Assembly (NCBI GenBank): GCA_903842795.1
Contig: CAIMNJ010000013.1
Span: 5,302-69,301, forward strand
From: an uncultured bacterium
Lineage (GTDB): Bacteria; Patescibacteriota; Microgenomatia; UBA1400; PJMF01
Length of the DNA stretch: 64,000 nt
Direction of reading: 5' to 3'
Shown in pieces: positions 30,508-39,865 of this stretch. Position numbers and translations under genes: made by a program. The notes beneath the pieces were generated by a model. The model worked only from the letters and a program-made list of their open reading frames with translations. It was not told where the DNA came from and made no database searches. The number at the start of each line of letters is the position of its first letter. The first letter of the stretch is position 1.

Positions 30508-31236
30508 ATGAAATTTGTTTCAATCAATATTGAAGGTGATAAGCATTTTGAACGCATTCTTCCGTTTTTGGTGGCAGAAAAACCAGACGTATTAGCTTTA
30601 CAAGAGATTTTTGAAGCTGACCTCGACATTATTAAGCAAACCACTGGTTTGAACAACTGTATTTTTTATCCTCAAGCCAATATTACTAAGCCTAATATTC
30701 ATTTGCCTTTGCGCGGTAATTGGGGGGTAGCCATTTTTGCTAGAGATATTGTTGAAGCTGAGCATTTTTATTACTTTGGTCATCAAAATGGAGTGATTGC
30801 TACTTTTGAGAATGAACAACCAGATCTAATTGATCGCGTAGTGATTGTTGCTAAAGCCAGAGTGGCTGGTGAAGATTTCCAAGTAGCCACAGTTCATTTT
30901 ACTTGGTCTGGCAAGGCAGAAACCACTGATGCCCAGCGCAGAGATTATGCGGTTTTGCAGAATTTCCTAGATAAGTTTGAGGAAATGATTCTTTGTGGTG
31001 ATCTCAATGCTGCTCGTGGCGCAGAAATTTGGTCTGCTTTGGCCAAAAAATATACTGATAATATTCCTGCCGAAATCGAAACTACAATCGACCGCAATCT
31101 ACATAAGTCAGGCAAAGATATACGTTTAGTGGTGGATACTCTTTTTACCAGTTCACATTATGGTGTGAGCAATGAGCGTGTGGTTGCCAATACTAGTGAT
31201 CATATGGCGGTGGTGGCGGAAATTGAGAGAGTTTAA
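30508..31236 (+). CDS. Endonuclease/exonuclease/phosphatase family protein
   Basis: SINI, DVLALQE, TVHF, CGDLNA, VD.LF, SDH. Confidence 0.9.
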   Translation: MKFVSINIEGDKHFERILPFLVAEKPDVLALQEIFEADLDIIKQTTGLNNCIFYPQANITKPNIHLPLRGNWGVAIFARDIVEAEHFYYFGHQNGVIATFENEQPDLIDRVVIVAKARVAGEDFQVATVHFTWSGKAETTDAQRRDYAVLQNFLDKFEEMILCGDLNAARGAEIWSALAKKYTDNIPAEIETTIDRNLHKSGKDIRLVVDTLFTSSHYGVSNERVVANTSDHMAVVAEIERV

Positions 31237-31295
31237 TCCTCTGGCATTTTGACTAATTAGTTGGTAAAATCACTAACGTCTTAACAAGTAAACAA

Positions 31296-31367
31296 TCCCC
31301 GATAGCTCAACGGCAGAGCAGGAAGCTGTTAACTTCAAGGTTCGTGGTTCGAATCCACGTCGGGGAG
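31296..31367 (+). tRNA. tRNA-Asn(GTT), no encoded CCA
   Basis: TCCCCGA/TCGGGGA acceptor stem, anticodon loop CT-GTT-AA, GGTTCGAATCC. Confidence 0.94.
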
Positions 31368-31417
31368 CAAAATAAACGTCCTTCATCAAATTACTTCAAT
31401 TTGATAATATATAACGT

Positions 31418-31846
31418 ATGGCAACAACAAATCCTTGGATTAACTTCAATGGTAATGCGCAGGAAGCGTTTGAATTTTACAAATCAGTTTTTGGCGGCGA
31501 GTTTACAAAAATTGTACGTTTTAAAGATATCGCAAGTGATGAATTCCCAGTGCCGGAAAAAGAGGAAAATAAGATCATGTATATTGCTTTGCCCATCGGT
31601 AAAAGCAATATGTTGATTGCCAATGATGTCCCAGAGTTTATGGGGCAAGTAAACGAAAATGAAAACAGGAGTAAGATTTTAATCAGTACGGAAAGTAAAG
31701 AAGAGGCTGATAGATTATTTACTGGCCTTTCAACAGGAGGAAGTGTGGAAGGACCTATGGGCGATAGTCCTTGGGGTACTTATGCTGGTATGTTCAGAGA
31801 TAAATATGGTATTGAATGGCTGATAGAATTTTCTTCTAGTAAATAA
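31418..31846 (+). CDS. VOC/PhnB (glyoxalase-like) family protein
   Basis: NPWINFNGNAQEAFEFYKSVFGG, PWG.YAGMFRDKYGIEW. Confidence 0.92.
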   Translation: MATTNPWINFNGNAQEAFEFYKSVFGGEFTKIVRFKDIASDEFPVPEKEENKIMYIALPIGKSNMLIANDVPEFMGQVNENENRSKILISTESKEEADRLFTGLSTGGSVEGPMGDSPWGTYAGMFRDKYGIEWLIEFSSSK

Positions 31847-32016
31847 ATACCTTATCTTCAGAGCATGGACAACATCCGAATTGTGAATCTGGACAGGGGA
31901 GCATTCATCTCTAAGTTAGAAACTTTCTTACATACCTCGCCAGTGCGAGCATTCTTAAATAGATAAAACATCTTTTCATTCAAGCAAGATCCTTGTTTTT
32001 GATTTATCATGGTTTC

Positions 32017-33045
32017 ATGTTAGATGAATCTTCTCAGGTGGATACGGAAAAACTTTTACAAGATTATCGCAAACGTGAAGATTTAAGAATTGAATCTTGG
32101 CAACGAAATGCTCAAGAATATTTCAGAATCAGTAGAAAACAAGTTGATAGATCTGTCGCTTGGAGATCGGAATCTAACAGATTGCCTAATGCTGAGGAAA
32201 TTTCTTCAAATAGAGGTTGGCCTAGCGCAGAAGAAGAATCAGAACTAAAGAGAATATTTTTTGAAAATTTCAGACAAATAGTTTTAGAAAAACTTCAAGG
32301 AGATAAAGCCAAATTAGAAGGAACACTAGGTCTTCTTTATGGTGTTTATTTTCTAAATTATATTATTGGTGGCTTATTGATTAACAAATATTTCGATTAT
32401 TCTAGTTTTCAAAAATGGGAGAATTCTCACTGGGAAAGTCACGAGGAAAATCTAAATCCAAATAATCTTGATGAATGGCCAATGAAAATTGAAATAGATA
32501 GGAAAAGGAGTGCATCGGTTAGCGATAACTTTTTTGGACCTTCAATACGAATTATGGTTGGTGCAGCTAAATATAAAAGTGAAAAACCACATGAAAAAAT
32601 AATGGTCAAATTAGGAGAAAAGAAACAAAAAATTAAAAGTTGGGGTGGTCTAAAATCAAAAGAAATCAGTGTACCGATTTACGAATTTCCAATGTCAGAA
32701 GTCGATGAGGCAATATTAACTGGAATTGAAGAGGCTCATCATTCGTTAATTAGATACTTTTCACTTATTCATGGAATAAAAGTTGAAGATGGAGATCTTA
32801 GATCTCAGGCAACAATTGAAGTTATTGACACTGTTATGGCCAGAGAATCAGTTAATGATCTTTTAGATTATAAAATAATGTATTCAGCATCCAGATTTGT
32901 AGAATATGCAGCAGATTTGGCTCAAGGACTCTATGTCGTTAAATATTTGCCAGAAACTTGGGAAAGCGGATATAAAGATTTTATTGCTGCTATTAGAAGA
33001 AAAAGATCTGAGTTGAAAAAAGCAAAAGCTCAGAAAAATGATTAA
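32017..33045 (+). CDS. Hypothetical protein
   Basis: Long ORF; ATG 6 nt after a TATCAT -10; contains GIEEAHH, a possible metal-binding motif. Confidence 0.7.
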   Translation: MLDESSQVDTEKLLQDYRKREDLRIESWQRNAQEYFRISRKQVDRSVAWRSESNRLPNAEEISSNRGWPSAEEESELKRIFFENFRQIVLEKLQGDKAKLEGTLGLLYGVYFLNYIIGGLLINKYFDYSSFQKWENSHWESHEENLNPNNLDEWPMKIEIDRKRSASVSDNFFGPSIRIMVGAAKYKSEKPHEKIMVKLGEKKQKIKSWGGLKSKEISVPIYEFPMSEVDEAILTGIEEAHHSLIRYFSLIHGIKVEDGDLRSQATIEVIDTVMARESVNDLLDYKIMYSASRFVEYAADLAQGLYVVKYLPETWESGYKDFIAAIRRKRSELKKAKAQKND

Positions 33046-33082
33046 TTTTTTGCTATTTTTAAAAAACTTTCTTACCTATATC

Positions 33083-33478
33083 TTATAAAGCAAATCCTTT
33101 TGGATAAATCACATTAGTATGGTCGTATAGGTTTTTTAAATTAACTTTTCCAACTTCTGGATATCTCAGTCTTTTATTTTCATTGTGTATAAAAATGGCG
33201 TTGCCATCTGTGTCAGCGCAAAGTCTAACGTCTAGTGAAAGTTTGTTATTGGCAAATTGTTGTCTAATATCTGCTAAAACGGTTAAAGCATGATTAACAT
33301 TTAAAGGAGCATCAAATATCAAATCCATATCAATATCTCCGCTCGGGTCCCAATTATGTTCTGCGTATGATCCACCAAAAACAACAGCTTGTAAGCCGTC
33401 TTTGCCAATATTTCTATCAACTATTTCTGGCACCAAGCTGTAAATATATTCAAAATTTGTTTCATTCATATTGTTCAT
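33083..33478 (-). CDS. Small nucleotidyltransferase (Pol-beta/MNT-like)
   Basis: VVFGGSYA......GDIDMD motif in a 131-aa protein. Confidence 0.7.
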   Translation of the reverse strand: MNNMNETNFEYIYSLVPEIVDRNIGKDGLQAVVFGGSYAEHNWDPSGDIDMDLIFDAPLNVNHALTVLADIRQQFANNKLSLDVRLCADTDGNAIFIHNENKRLRYPEVGKVNLKNLYDHTNVIYPKGFAL

Positions 33479-33570
33479 TTTCTCATGTTTTAAAATATTT
33501 TGTTTTGGAAACGTTGACTTTCAAAGTGGTTCTACTTCATACTGTAAGATAAGAAGTACAGGATTTAAAT

Positions 33571-35358
33571 ATGATAGAAACACATGATGGTCAAATTGAT
33601 GTCACTGAAGCTGATAAAAATTTAGACAAGCAAAAGCCTCATATAGGTTTGCTAGAGGTTGATAGGGTGACGCCAACAAGCAGAGAATATATTTTGAAAT
33701 TGATATCAACAATAAATCTAACTGAACTTACTGATGGAAATGCTTTGTTAGTGGTTGATGCTTGGCCAAATTACACTGGAAAGTTAAAAGACCCACAACT
33801 TTTGATGACTAGATTTAGGGAAAAGTTTGCCGAGATTATTAAGCGAAATCAATCTCCACTTATAAATGCGGAAGAAATTCTTGAAGCTTATCATGAAGCG
33901 ATTAGAACACTTGATGATCACTACGACACTCGTGGAGGAAAGTTTCTTGAAATAGAAACATGGAGCAACCTACTTAATTATTTTTCCATTCCAGTTCTGC
34001 CAAATTTAATAGCAGAAATGAAACAGGATGGAGCCAAGCTATCATTAGCTGAAAAATATGAGCAAAATGCAAGAATGTGGTCTGAAGAAGGTGAGAAAGT
34101 AGCTGATTTATCTAAAGAGTCTGATAAACAAGAAAAAACTCCCAATCATGAGATAAAGAGTGTTGAGGGTTTTGCTCAGGGAATAGTTGAGCTGAGACAA
34201 TTATTGGAAAAAATTATTTCAGATCCTGATGATAATCGTGTGCCAACCATTGACGAACTCCATGAAATTGAGTCTAGACTTATTGAGCTTTGGAATGAAG
34301 CCGGTTTAGATGAGGTGAGTCCGCTGATTAGTGAGGCCCTGCAACCACTTTTTGTTACTCCTGACAGCAAAACTCGTTTTCATGAAGCAAGTGTTGAGTA
34401 CAAAGTTGTAATAAAAGAATTGCCATATTCAGTTGCTGATGGAGAAAAGTTTTTATCTATTATAAAAGACGAGCGTGAGTTTAAGCGCTTTATGCTGGCA
34501 GATATCACCAATTCGGTGAGATATATTTTCCTACTTCAGTTTGATGCTTGGATAAATCCTCCTCCACCAGAACCATTTAAGAATAAAAATAAGCATAATG
34601 GTGATTCCGATCGTTTTGATTACTTTGAATCCAGCTCTAAAAGAAAAAAACTTGAGCCGGCTTATTCAGAAGATGACAAAAAACATGCGAGAGAAATGGT
34701 TCAAAATCAAGAGCGAGAAGTTGATTTTCGTAGTCTAACTCACGAGCTATTTTTAGCTTATAAGGATCAGCTCACTAATTACGCCATTAGTGTAATTGGA
34801 TGTGACAATATCAGATGGGGCCTGATGGGATATGGAGATCTTGAAGAAGCCAAAAAATTTGATGATGTGCTAAATGAGCTGATAAAGGAAGCGCAAACCC
34901 AGATTTTTGCCAAATCTCAGCTGGCTATTTTTCAAGGATTTGAGCAATCATCTTTAGATCAGCTCGCTACTTATGCAAGACTGATTAGAGCTGCTGGGCC
35001 GCATTCCAAATTAGGAAAATTTTATCGAGAACAAGTCAAACAAATTAACGATTTGTTATATGGTGAGCCGTTAGTTGATTCTGAGGATGAGATTGAGGAT
35101 TTTATGGTTGATAAGAAGCCTGAATTATCTCGCGAAGAGCGTATTGCAGAAGCAAGAAAAAATGGCACATTGCGATTATGGTCTGGACGATTGTTTTCTG
35201 TTCCTGGGGATTCTTTTTACTACGATAGCATTCCAGTGCCAGCGGAAACTGAAGACTCGGTGAATGAAGCAACAGACAAAGATAATGGCTTACTAAAACA
35301 ATTTTTCACTGATTTGCTTAATAGAATCAAAGTTCGTTGGCAGCGTCGTAGAGAATAG
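33571..35358 (+). CDS. Hypothetical acidic, helical protein
   Basis: 595-aa ORF with no recognisable motif. Confidence 0.75.
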   Translation: MIETHDGQIDVTEADKNLDKQKPHIGLLEVDRVTPTSREYILKLISTINLTELTDGNALLVVDAWPNYTGKLKDPQLLMTRFREKFAEIIKRNQSPLINAEEILEAYHEAIRTLDDHYDTRGGKFLEIETWSNLLNYFSIPVLPNLIAEMKQDGAKLSLAEKYEQNARMWSEEGEKVADLSKESDKQEKTPNHEIKSVEGFAQGIVELRQLLEKIISDPDDNRVPTIDELHEIESRLIELWNEAGLDEVSPLISEALQPLFVTPDSKTRFHEASVEYKVVIKELPYSVADGEKFLSIIKDEREFKRFMLADITNSVRYIFLLQFDAWINPPPPEPFKNKNKHNGDSDRFDYFESSSKRKKLEPAYSEDDKKHAREMVQNQEREVDFRSLTHELFLAYKDQLTNYAISVIGCDNIRWGLMGYGDLEEAKKFDDVLNELIKEAQTQIFAKSQLAIFQGFEQSSLDQLATYARLIRAAGPHSKLGKFYREQVKQINDLLYGEPLVDSEDEIEDFMVDKKPELSREERIAEARKNGTLRLWSGRLFSVPGDSFYYDSIPVPAETEDSVNEATDKDNGLLKQFFTDLLNRIKVRWQRRRE

Positions 35359-35463
35359 GCCTATAACATTGATTTTTCTTATTTTTATTGATATAATGAA
35401 CTGTTCCTAATTCTTGAGACAATGGCTGTCTCAACACAACCTAGGAACACTAAAAAGGAGGTG
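35356..35463 (+). promoter_or_regulatory. Unit A promoter, leader hairpin and SD
   Basis: TAGGCCTATAA (35356-66), TTGATT (35369-74), 17 bp, TATAAT (35392-97) with TG extension; hairpin 35402-35449; AAGGAGGTG 35455-63. Confidence 0.75.
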
Positions 35464-35467
35464 CATC

Positions 35468-35587
35468 ATGACAATCTTGATGCACAAAAAAGTAGGAGAT
35501 TCCTCCTACATCGAAGACCATAAGCCTTGGTTGGCTATTGGAGTCTGGCTTGCATTGGGCTGGCGCCCGGGTCCAAGCCCTTCATAA
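35468..35587 (+). CDS. 39-aa peptide MTILMHKKVGDSSYIEDHKPWLAIGVWLALGWRPGPSPS (unit A; below ORF-track cutoff)
   Basis: Full SD, own promoter and terminator, GC-rich codons. Confidence 0.7.
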   Translation: MTILMHKKVGDSSYIEDHKPWLAIGVWLALGWRPGPSPS

Positions 35588-35623
35588 CTTCGATGTAAGA
35601 AGTATTTTCTTGCTTCCAAAACC

Positions 35624-35663
35624 AGCTCGCTCTGCCTTTAAGGGGAGCGAGCTATTTCTTTTT
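35624..35663 (+). terminator. Intrinsic terminator of unit A
   Basis: AGCTCGCTC...GAGCGAGCT stem followed by ATTTCTTTTT. Confidence 0.85.
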
Positions 35664-35691
35664 AAATTGCTCAAACTGTTATAATTTGTCT

Positions 35692-36249
35692 ATGTCTAAA
35701 AATCTTTCTTCCGCCCAAGCAGAACAATTACTCAAATTGTTGCAAACCCGTTTCACTACAAACCAAAGGCGTCACCAAAATTTAGTTTGGGGCAAAATTC
35801 AAGAAAAACTATTAGCTAATCAAGAAAAACTTTGGTCACTTGCTGAAATGGAAAACACTGGTGGTGAGCCAGATGTCATTGCTTATGATCAGAAAACCAA
35901 AGAGTATATTTTTGGTGATTGCTCCGCTGAAACTCCCAAGGGCCGCCGTAGTCTTTGTTATGACGAGGCAGCTCTCAAATCTCGTAAAGAATTTAAGCCA
36001 AAATCTTCTGCAGTCACAATGGCTGCTGAGATGGGGACAGTTTTGATGACCGAAGATGATTATCAACAATTACAAACCATTGGTGAATTTGACCTCAAAA
36101 CTTCCAGTTGGTTGCAAACCCCAGCTGCCATTCGTAAATTGGGTGGAGCCATTTTTGCCGATCGCCGTTATGATCATGTCTTTATTTATCATAATGGTGC
36201 TGAGTCGTATTATGCTGTGCGTGGTTTTCGCGTCTTATTAAGAGTTTAA
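35692..36249 (+). CDS. DUF4256 domain protein
   Basis: ME.TGGEPDV, RRSLCYD, FDLKTSSW, RRYDHVFIYHNGAESYYA.RGFR. Confidence 0.85.
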   Translation: MSKNLSSAQAEQLLKLLQTRFTTNQRRHQNLVWGKIQEKLLANQEKLWSLAEMENTGGEPDVIAYDQKTKEYIFGDCSAETPKGRRSLCYDEAALKSRKEFKPKSSAVTMAAEMGTVLMTEDDYQQLQTIGEFDLKTSSWLQTPAAIRKLGGAIFADRRYDHVFIYHNGAESYYAVRGFRVLLRV

Positions 36250-36261
36250 TGAATTAAAAAT

Positions 36262-36501
36262 ATGATTGAAAAAGCAATTGAAACTGAAGTTAATAAAGCC
36301 ATTACTTTTAAAGAGGGAATGGAAGTGATTTGTCAACGTCGCTACGGATCTGAAATAATGATTGTTCATCGTGTTTATGACATTCCTAGTGAAAGAGAGC
36401 GGCAGATGGCTTTGCATCATCAGCATGTAGTATTACGTCACAAAAATGGAGCAGTTGATCCAGACTCATTAAGTGGCTATTATTTGACTTTACCAAAATA
36501 A
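36262..36501 (+). CDS. Small hypothetical protein
   Basis: 79-aa ORF directly after the DUF4256 gene. Confidence 0.55.
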   Translation: MIEKAIETEVNKAITFKEGMEVICQRRYGSEIMIVHRVYDIPSERERQMALHHQHVVLRHKNGAVDPDSLSGYYLTLPK

Positions 36502-36511
36502 ATTATTGCAG

Positions 36512-36559
36512 AAAAAATAAAGAAAGAATTTCCCACCTCCCTGTTTCCAGGGAGGTGGG
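36512..36559 (-). terminator. Terminator of unit C
   Basis: 12-bp stem CCCACCTCCCTG-GAAA-CAGGGAGGTGGG on the minus strand followed by AAATTCTTTCTTTATTTTTT. Confidence 0.8.
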
Positions 36560-36568
36560 GGTGGTTGT

Positions 36569-36925
36569 TTAGAACCACCAGCGGTGCATCATGGGCATGA
36601 GCGGACTGAACACGCCGAGGAAGAGGTAGACGATGACGAAGATGTTGAATGCGTACACAACACCAAGCGCGACTGCGCTCTTCCAGTTGAGTTTGGCGGT
36701 GGCGATAAAACCTGCCACAGCCGTCACCAAACTGGAAATCGCCAAGAACCATATTCTTCCCGGCAGCATCAGAAACGGAGCAAGACCCAAAACTGTGGTC
36801 AGCACACCGTTTTTCCAATACTTTTGAATGTTCCAAAGCGACCATACCCAGGCCGCAATGACAGTGAAGGGTGACAACACTGCCAAGATGGATTCGAGCA
36901 AGCTTAGTTGGATACTAATATGCAT
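36569..36925 (-). CDS. Small Trp-rich multi-TM orphan protein (unit C)
   Basis: AAAGGAGG SD, about 4 hydrophobic helices, GC-rich (31/60 in line 36601 by hand count). Confidence 0.8.
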   Translation of the reverse strand: MHISIQLSLLESILAVLSPFTVIAAWVWSLWNIQKYWKNGVLTTVLGLAPFLMLPGRIWFLAISSLVTAVAGFIATAKLNWKSAVALGVVYAFNIFVIVYLFLGVFSPLMPMMHRWWF

Positions 36926-36932
36926 GTCGAAA

Positions 36933-37060
36933 TCCTCCTTTAAAAATGGTCTCTACCCAGCTGTCAGTGCGCTTTGCACCAGACAGTTGAATAGGTTTCC
37001 ATTTTTAAGTTTTTCAGATTATTTTAAAGTGCATTCCCTCCTGTTTTGCAGGAGGGAATG
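36933..37060 (-). promoter_or_regulatory. Intercistronic structured RNA: 3' hairpin of unit B, boxA-like motif, leader hairpin and SD of unit C
   Basis: Hairpin 37032-37060; TGCACTTTAAAATA 37020-37033; long hairpin 36940-37008 with G-U pairs on the sense strand. Confidence 0.7.
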
Positions 37061-37080
37061 ATGGTGGAGCTGACCACTCT

Positions 37081-37386
37081 CTAGAACCAGAGAATGGTCT
37101 TGGTCAGAACATATTGGACCAAGACCCAGCCACTTAGTGGAATAAGCGCCAAGCCAGACCAGAACCACCAACCCTTGAGTTGGAGAGTAAAGATCAGGCT
37201 AATAGAGGCATACATCGCCCAGAAGAGCAGGTAGATAGGACTGCCTGTTGCAACTGAAGAGCCAAGTGCGAAGCCGCCAAAAATTAAGAGGCAGCCAAGC
37301 GCGAGGTTGCGATGCCATTTCCACAAGTAAATGCCGGGGATGAGCCAAGCCAACAGGTGAATCAGGATGATCAGCCAGTTATTCAT
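37081..37386 (-). CDS. Small Trp-rich multi-TM orphan protein (unit B)
   Basis: AAAGGAGGT SD, about 4 hydrophobic helices, GC-rich codons. Confidence 0.8.
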   Translation of the reverse strand: MNNWLIILIHLLAWLIPGIYLWKWHRNLALGCLLIFGGFALGSSVATGSPIYLLFWAMYASISLIFTLQLKGWWFWSGLALIPLSGWVLVQYVLTKTILWF

Positions 37387-37392
37387 GTTCTT

Positions 37393-37545
37393 ACCTCCTT
37401 TCCTTGTATCAGGATGTGATTATTGCCGTCCTAGCATTTAAAAATAAAAGGACAACAATAGAACATCCTAAACAAGTCAAGAAAGCTCTTTGAAAGAGCG
37501 AGCTTTGATTGCTTACAATCTAACTCACAGGTGGGTATTATATCA
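37393..37545 (-). promoter_or_regulatory. Unit B promoter, boxA-like motif, leader hairpin and SD
   Basis: TG-A-TATAAT (37537-45); CGCTCTTTCAAAG (37488-500); hairpin 37403-37476 including TATTGTTGTCCT/AGGACGGCAATA with two G-U pairs. Confidence 0.7.
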
Positions 37546-37593
37546 AATTGGATCAAATAGGTATAAATTGTAGAAATAACTTCTTCCAAAAAT

Positions 37594-38169
37594 ATGTTAG
37601 ACTTGGAATATAAACAAAATATGCTTGATGGTTTTCGTGTGACAGAAATGATAGATGCAGCTCCTGCTTATGAAATTGGTGAGGACTTTTCCAATGTTGA
37701 TGCTGTGGGAGCGATTGTTTTTGATCCAGAGCACAAGAGGATTTTATTGGTGAGGCGTTTGGAAAAAGAAACGGATGAAACAGGAGTGCAGATTCCTAAA
37801 GACAAAAGAAACAAAGTTGATTCTAATGGTAACATTATTTTGGCGCTGCCCAGTGGCAGTGGTCCGCTAAAAGACGATCCAACAAATCCTGACCTAGCAA
37901 TTCTCAAAGAAATTAGAAGCGAAACTGGTAGTTTTCCGGCTCTTATAAGAAGATTTCATACTTACAAAAGCAATCATGCTCCTAATGCTAAAAAAGTTGG
38001 TTTTTATATTGCAGAAATGAGTCCAGATTCACTTAGTCTTACCAATCCACATAAAGACTGGCCAGGTTGGTTTCCTGTAGAATGGTTTGGTGACAAGATT
38101 ATCTTGCCATATGCGGAACACAACCAGGTAGTGTTGGATTATCTCAAAGAACAATCTGAATTTGATTAA
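37594..38169 (+). CDS. Degenerate NUDIX-fold protein
   Basis: AVGAIVFD...RILLVRR, LALPSG, AILKEIRSETG (Nudix-box-like), WFP. Confidence 0.65.
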   Translation: MLDLEYKQNMLDGFRVTEMIDAAPAYEIGEDFSNVDAVGAIVFDPEHKRILLVRRLEKETDETGVQIPKDKRNKVDSNGNIILALPSGSGPLKDDPTNPDLAILKEIRSETGSFPALIRRFHTYKSNHAPNAKKVGFYIAEMSPDSLSLTNPHKDWPGWFPVEWFGDKIILPYAEHNQVVLDYLKEQSEFD

Positions 38170-38209
38170 ATGCATCAATTCTTGAGTTATTTAGTGTTTT
38201 TATGTTTTA

Positions 38210-39856
38210 ATGAAGATAGTGAAAAAGTTCCTACTCAGCTTATTTTTATTTCTTATCGTTTTAATTCCATTAGTTAAGACAGTCTATTCTTGGAATATTG
38301 CTGATCCACCTATTTCTTATGATTTATTCAATAATGGTTATACTTTTGCTTATCCATATCAGATGGATTTTGATGCTGCCGGCAATCTTTATGTAACTGG
38401 TGGTAGTAATAACAATGATCAAATTCGCAAATATGATTCTGCTGGCAATTTTGTAACAGAATTTGGAGTTAGCTATTCCAATCCAACTGGCGTGGCAGTT
38501 GATGGTGGTGGCAATATTCTGATAGCCAATAGTAATAATGATCAAATCGATAAATTTGATAGTAATGGTAATTTTATTGCTAGCTTTTTTGGTACTGGAT
38601 CTGGAAATAATCAGCTGAATTTTCCTTATGCCATAACTGTTGATGGGGATGGTAATGTTTATGTGGCAGATGCTGGCAATAATCGTGTCCAAAAATACAA
38701 CTCTTCACTGACTTATTTGGCAACAATTACTGGTAACAGTGGAGCCTTTAATTTTCCAGAGGTAGTTTGGACTGATGCAGATAATAACCTTTATGTCTTG
38801 GATTCTGGGAATAACCGTTTGCAGAAGTTTGATCCAAACGGTAGCTATTTATTAACGATTACTGGTTCTGGTTCTGCTTGGAATTATCCAGAAGGTATGA
38901 CCGTAGATAGTAGTGGCAATATTTATGTGTCAGATAGTGGCAATGGTCGTATTCAAATTTTTGATAATCTCGGTAATTTCCAGCAAGAAATTACCACTGC
39001 CAATATTCAGGCTAATTTAGATGGAAGTGTGAGTTATCTTTCTGGTTTGTTGATGGGAGACGACGGAACTCTTTATGTTGGTGATAACACCAGACTTTTT
39101 AAGATTAATTTTGATCGCACGCCAGCTATAGTTTCAGTATCGAGTTTGCCTGGAGATAGTACTACAGATACGACGCCAGTTTTTAATGGTACAGCTACTG
39201 ATTCTCTCACAGCTATTTCAGTAGTTCAGTTTTCTATTGACGCTGGAGCTTATCAGGCTTGTACTGCCGATGATGGAGTGTTTGATGAATTGAGTGAAAA
39301 TTACACTTGCACTACAACCACACCTTTAGCTGGCGGTTCTCATACTATCAGCATTCGTTCTACAGATGGCAATTCCCAGACCAATAGTGGAGCTAATTTG
39401 GCAAATTATGCTTTTTCAGTTGTAGTTCCTGGCCTAACAAATTCACCAAGTAATGACAATTCTGCTGTAAGTACAAACACGACAACTTCATCTGATGATA
39501 ACACTTGTTTGGCTAGTAAGCCGGTTAATACTTCAGATCTTTTTCAGATTGATGTAACCAACAATACTGCCAAACTTTTTTTTACCCCTATTCCTAATAT
39601 TGATAAATATTCAATTAGTTTTTCGACTAAACCAGAAGCAGAAGAACATGGTGAAGCGGTTGTTCTGGCCAAAGAAGGAGTGCAGAGTCACAAAGTTTTT
39701 TATCTTAAACCCGGGACCACCTACTATTTTAAAGTTAGAGGGCAAAATGGCTGTATGGCTGGCGAGTGGAGTAATACTCTCAAAGTCAGAACAATTAGAA
39801 CTGCTAAAAAAACTACTTCCACAATTTCAAAAAAGTTTTATAAAAAATGGTTCTAA
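38210..39856 (+). CDS. Secreted NHL-repeat beta-propeller with Ig-like and FN3 domains
   Basis: Signal peptide, repeated P.G.AVD..GN.YV.D.GNNR.QKF, TTPVFNGTATD, L.PGTTYYFKVRGQNGC..GEWSN. Confidence 0.9.
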   Translation: MKIVKKFLLSLFLFLIVLIPLVKTVYSWNIADPPISYDLFNNGYTFAYPYQMDFDAAGNLYVTGGSNNNDQIRKYDSAGNFVTEFGVSYSNPTGVAVDGGGNILIANSNNDQIDKFDSNGNFIASFFGTGSGNNQLNFPYAITVDGDGNVYVADAGNNRVQKYNSSLTYLATITGNSGAFNFPEVVWTDADNNLYVLDSGNNRLQKFDPNGSYLLTITGSGSAWNYPEGMTVDSSGNIYVSDSGNGRIQIFDNLGNFQQEITTANIQANLDGSVSYLSGLLMGDDGTLYVGDNTRLFKINFDRTPAIVSVSSLPGDSTTDTTPVFNGTATDSLTAISVVQFSIDAGAYQACTADDGVFDELSENYTCTTTTPLAGGSHTISIRSTDGNSQTNSGANLANYAFSVVVPGLTNSPSNDNSAVSTNTTTSSDDNTCLASKPVNTSDLFQIDVTNNTAKLFFTPIPNIDKYSISFSTKPEAEEHGEAVVLAKEGVQSHKVFYLKPGTTYYFKVRGQNGCMAGEWSNTLKVRTIRTAKKTTSTISKKFYKKWF

Positions 39857-39865
39857 AATTGAAAA

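Noticed and set aside
31344-31616. 90-aa ORF
   Set aside because: Starts inside tRNA-Asn and overlaps the VOC gene out of frame.
36480-37061. Alternative-frame ORFs over unit C (likewise 41870-42346, 50677-51092, 55731-56225)
   Set aside because: Shadow ORFs caused by local high GC; SD, promoter and terminator all support the chosen frames.
36512-37476. Integron cassette array with attC sites
   Set aside because: The long hairpins lie 5' of the ORFs, lack RYYYAAC/GTTRRRY ends, favour sense-strand G-U pairs, and there is no intI.
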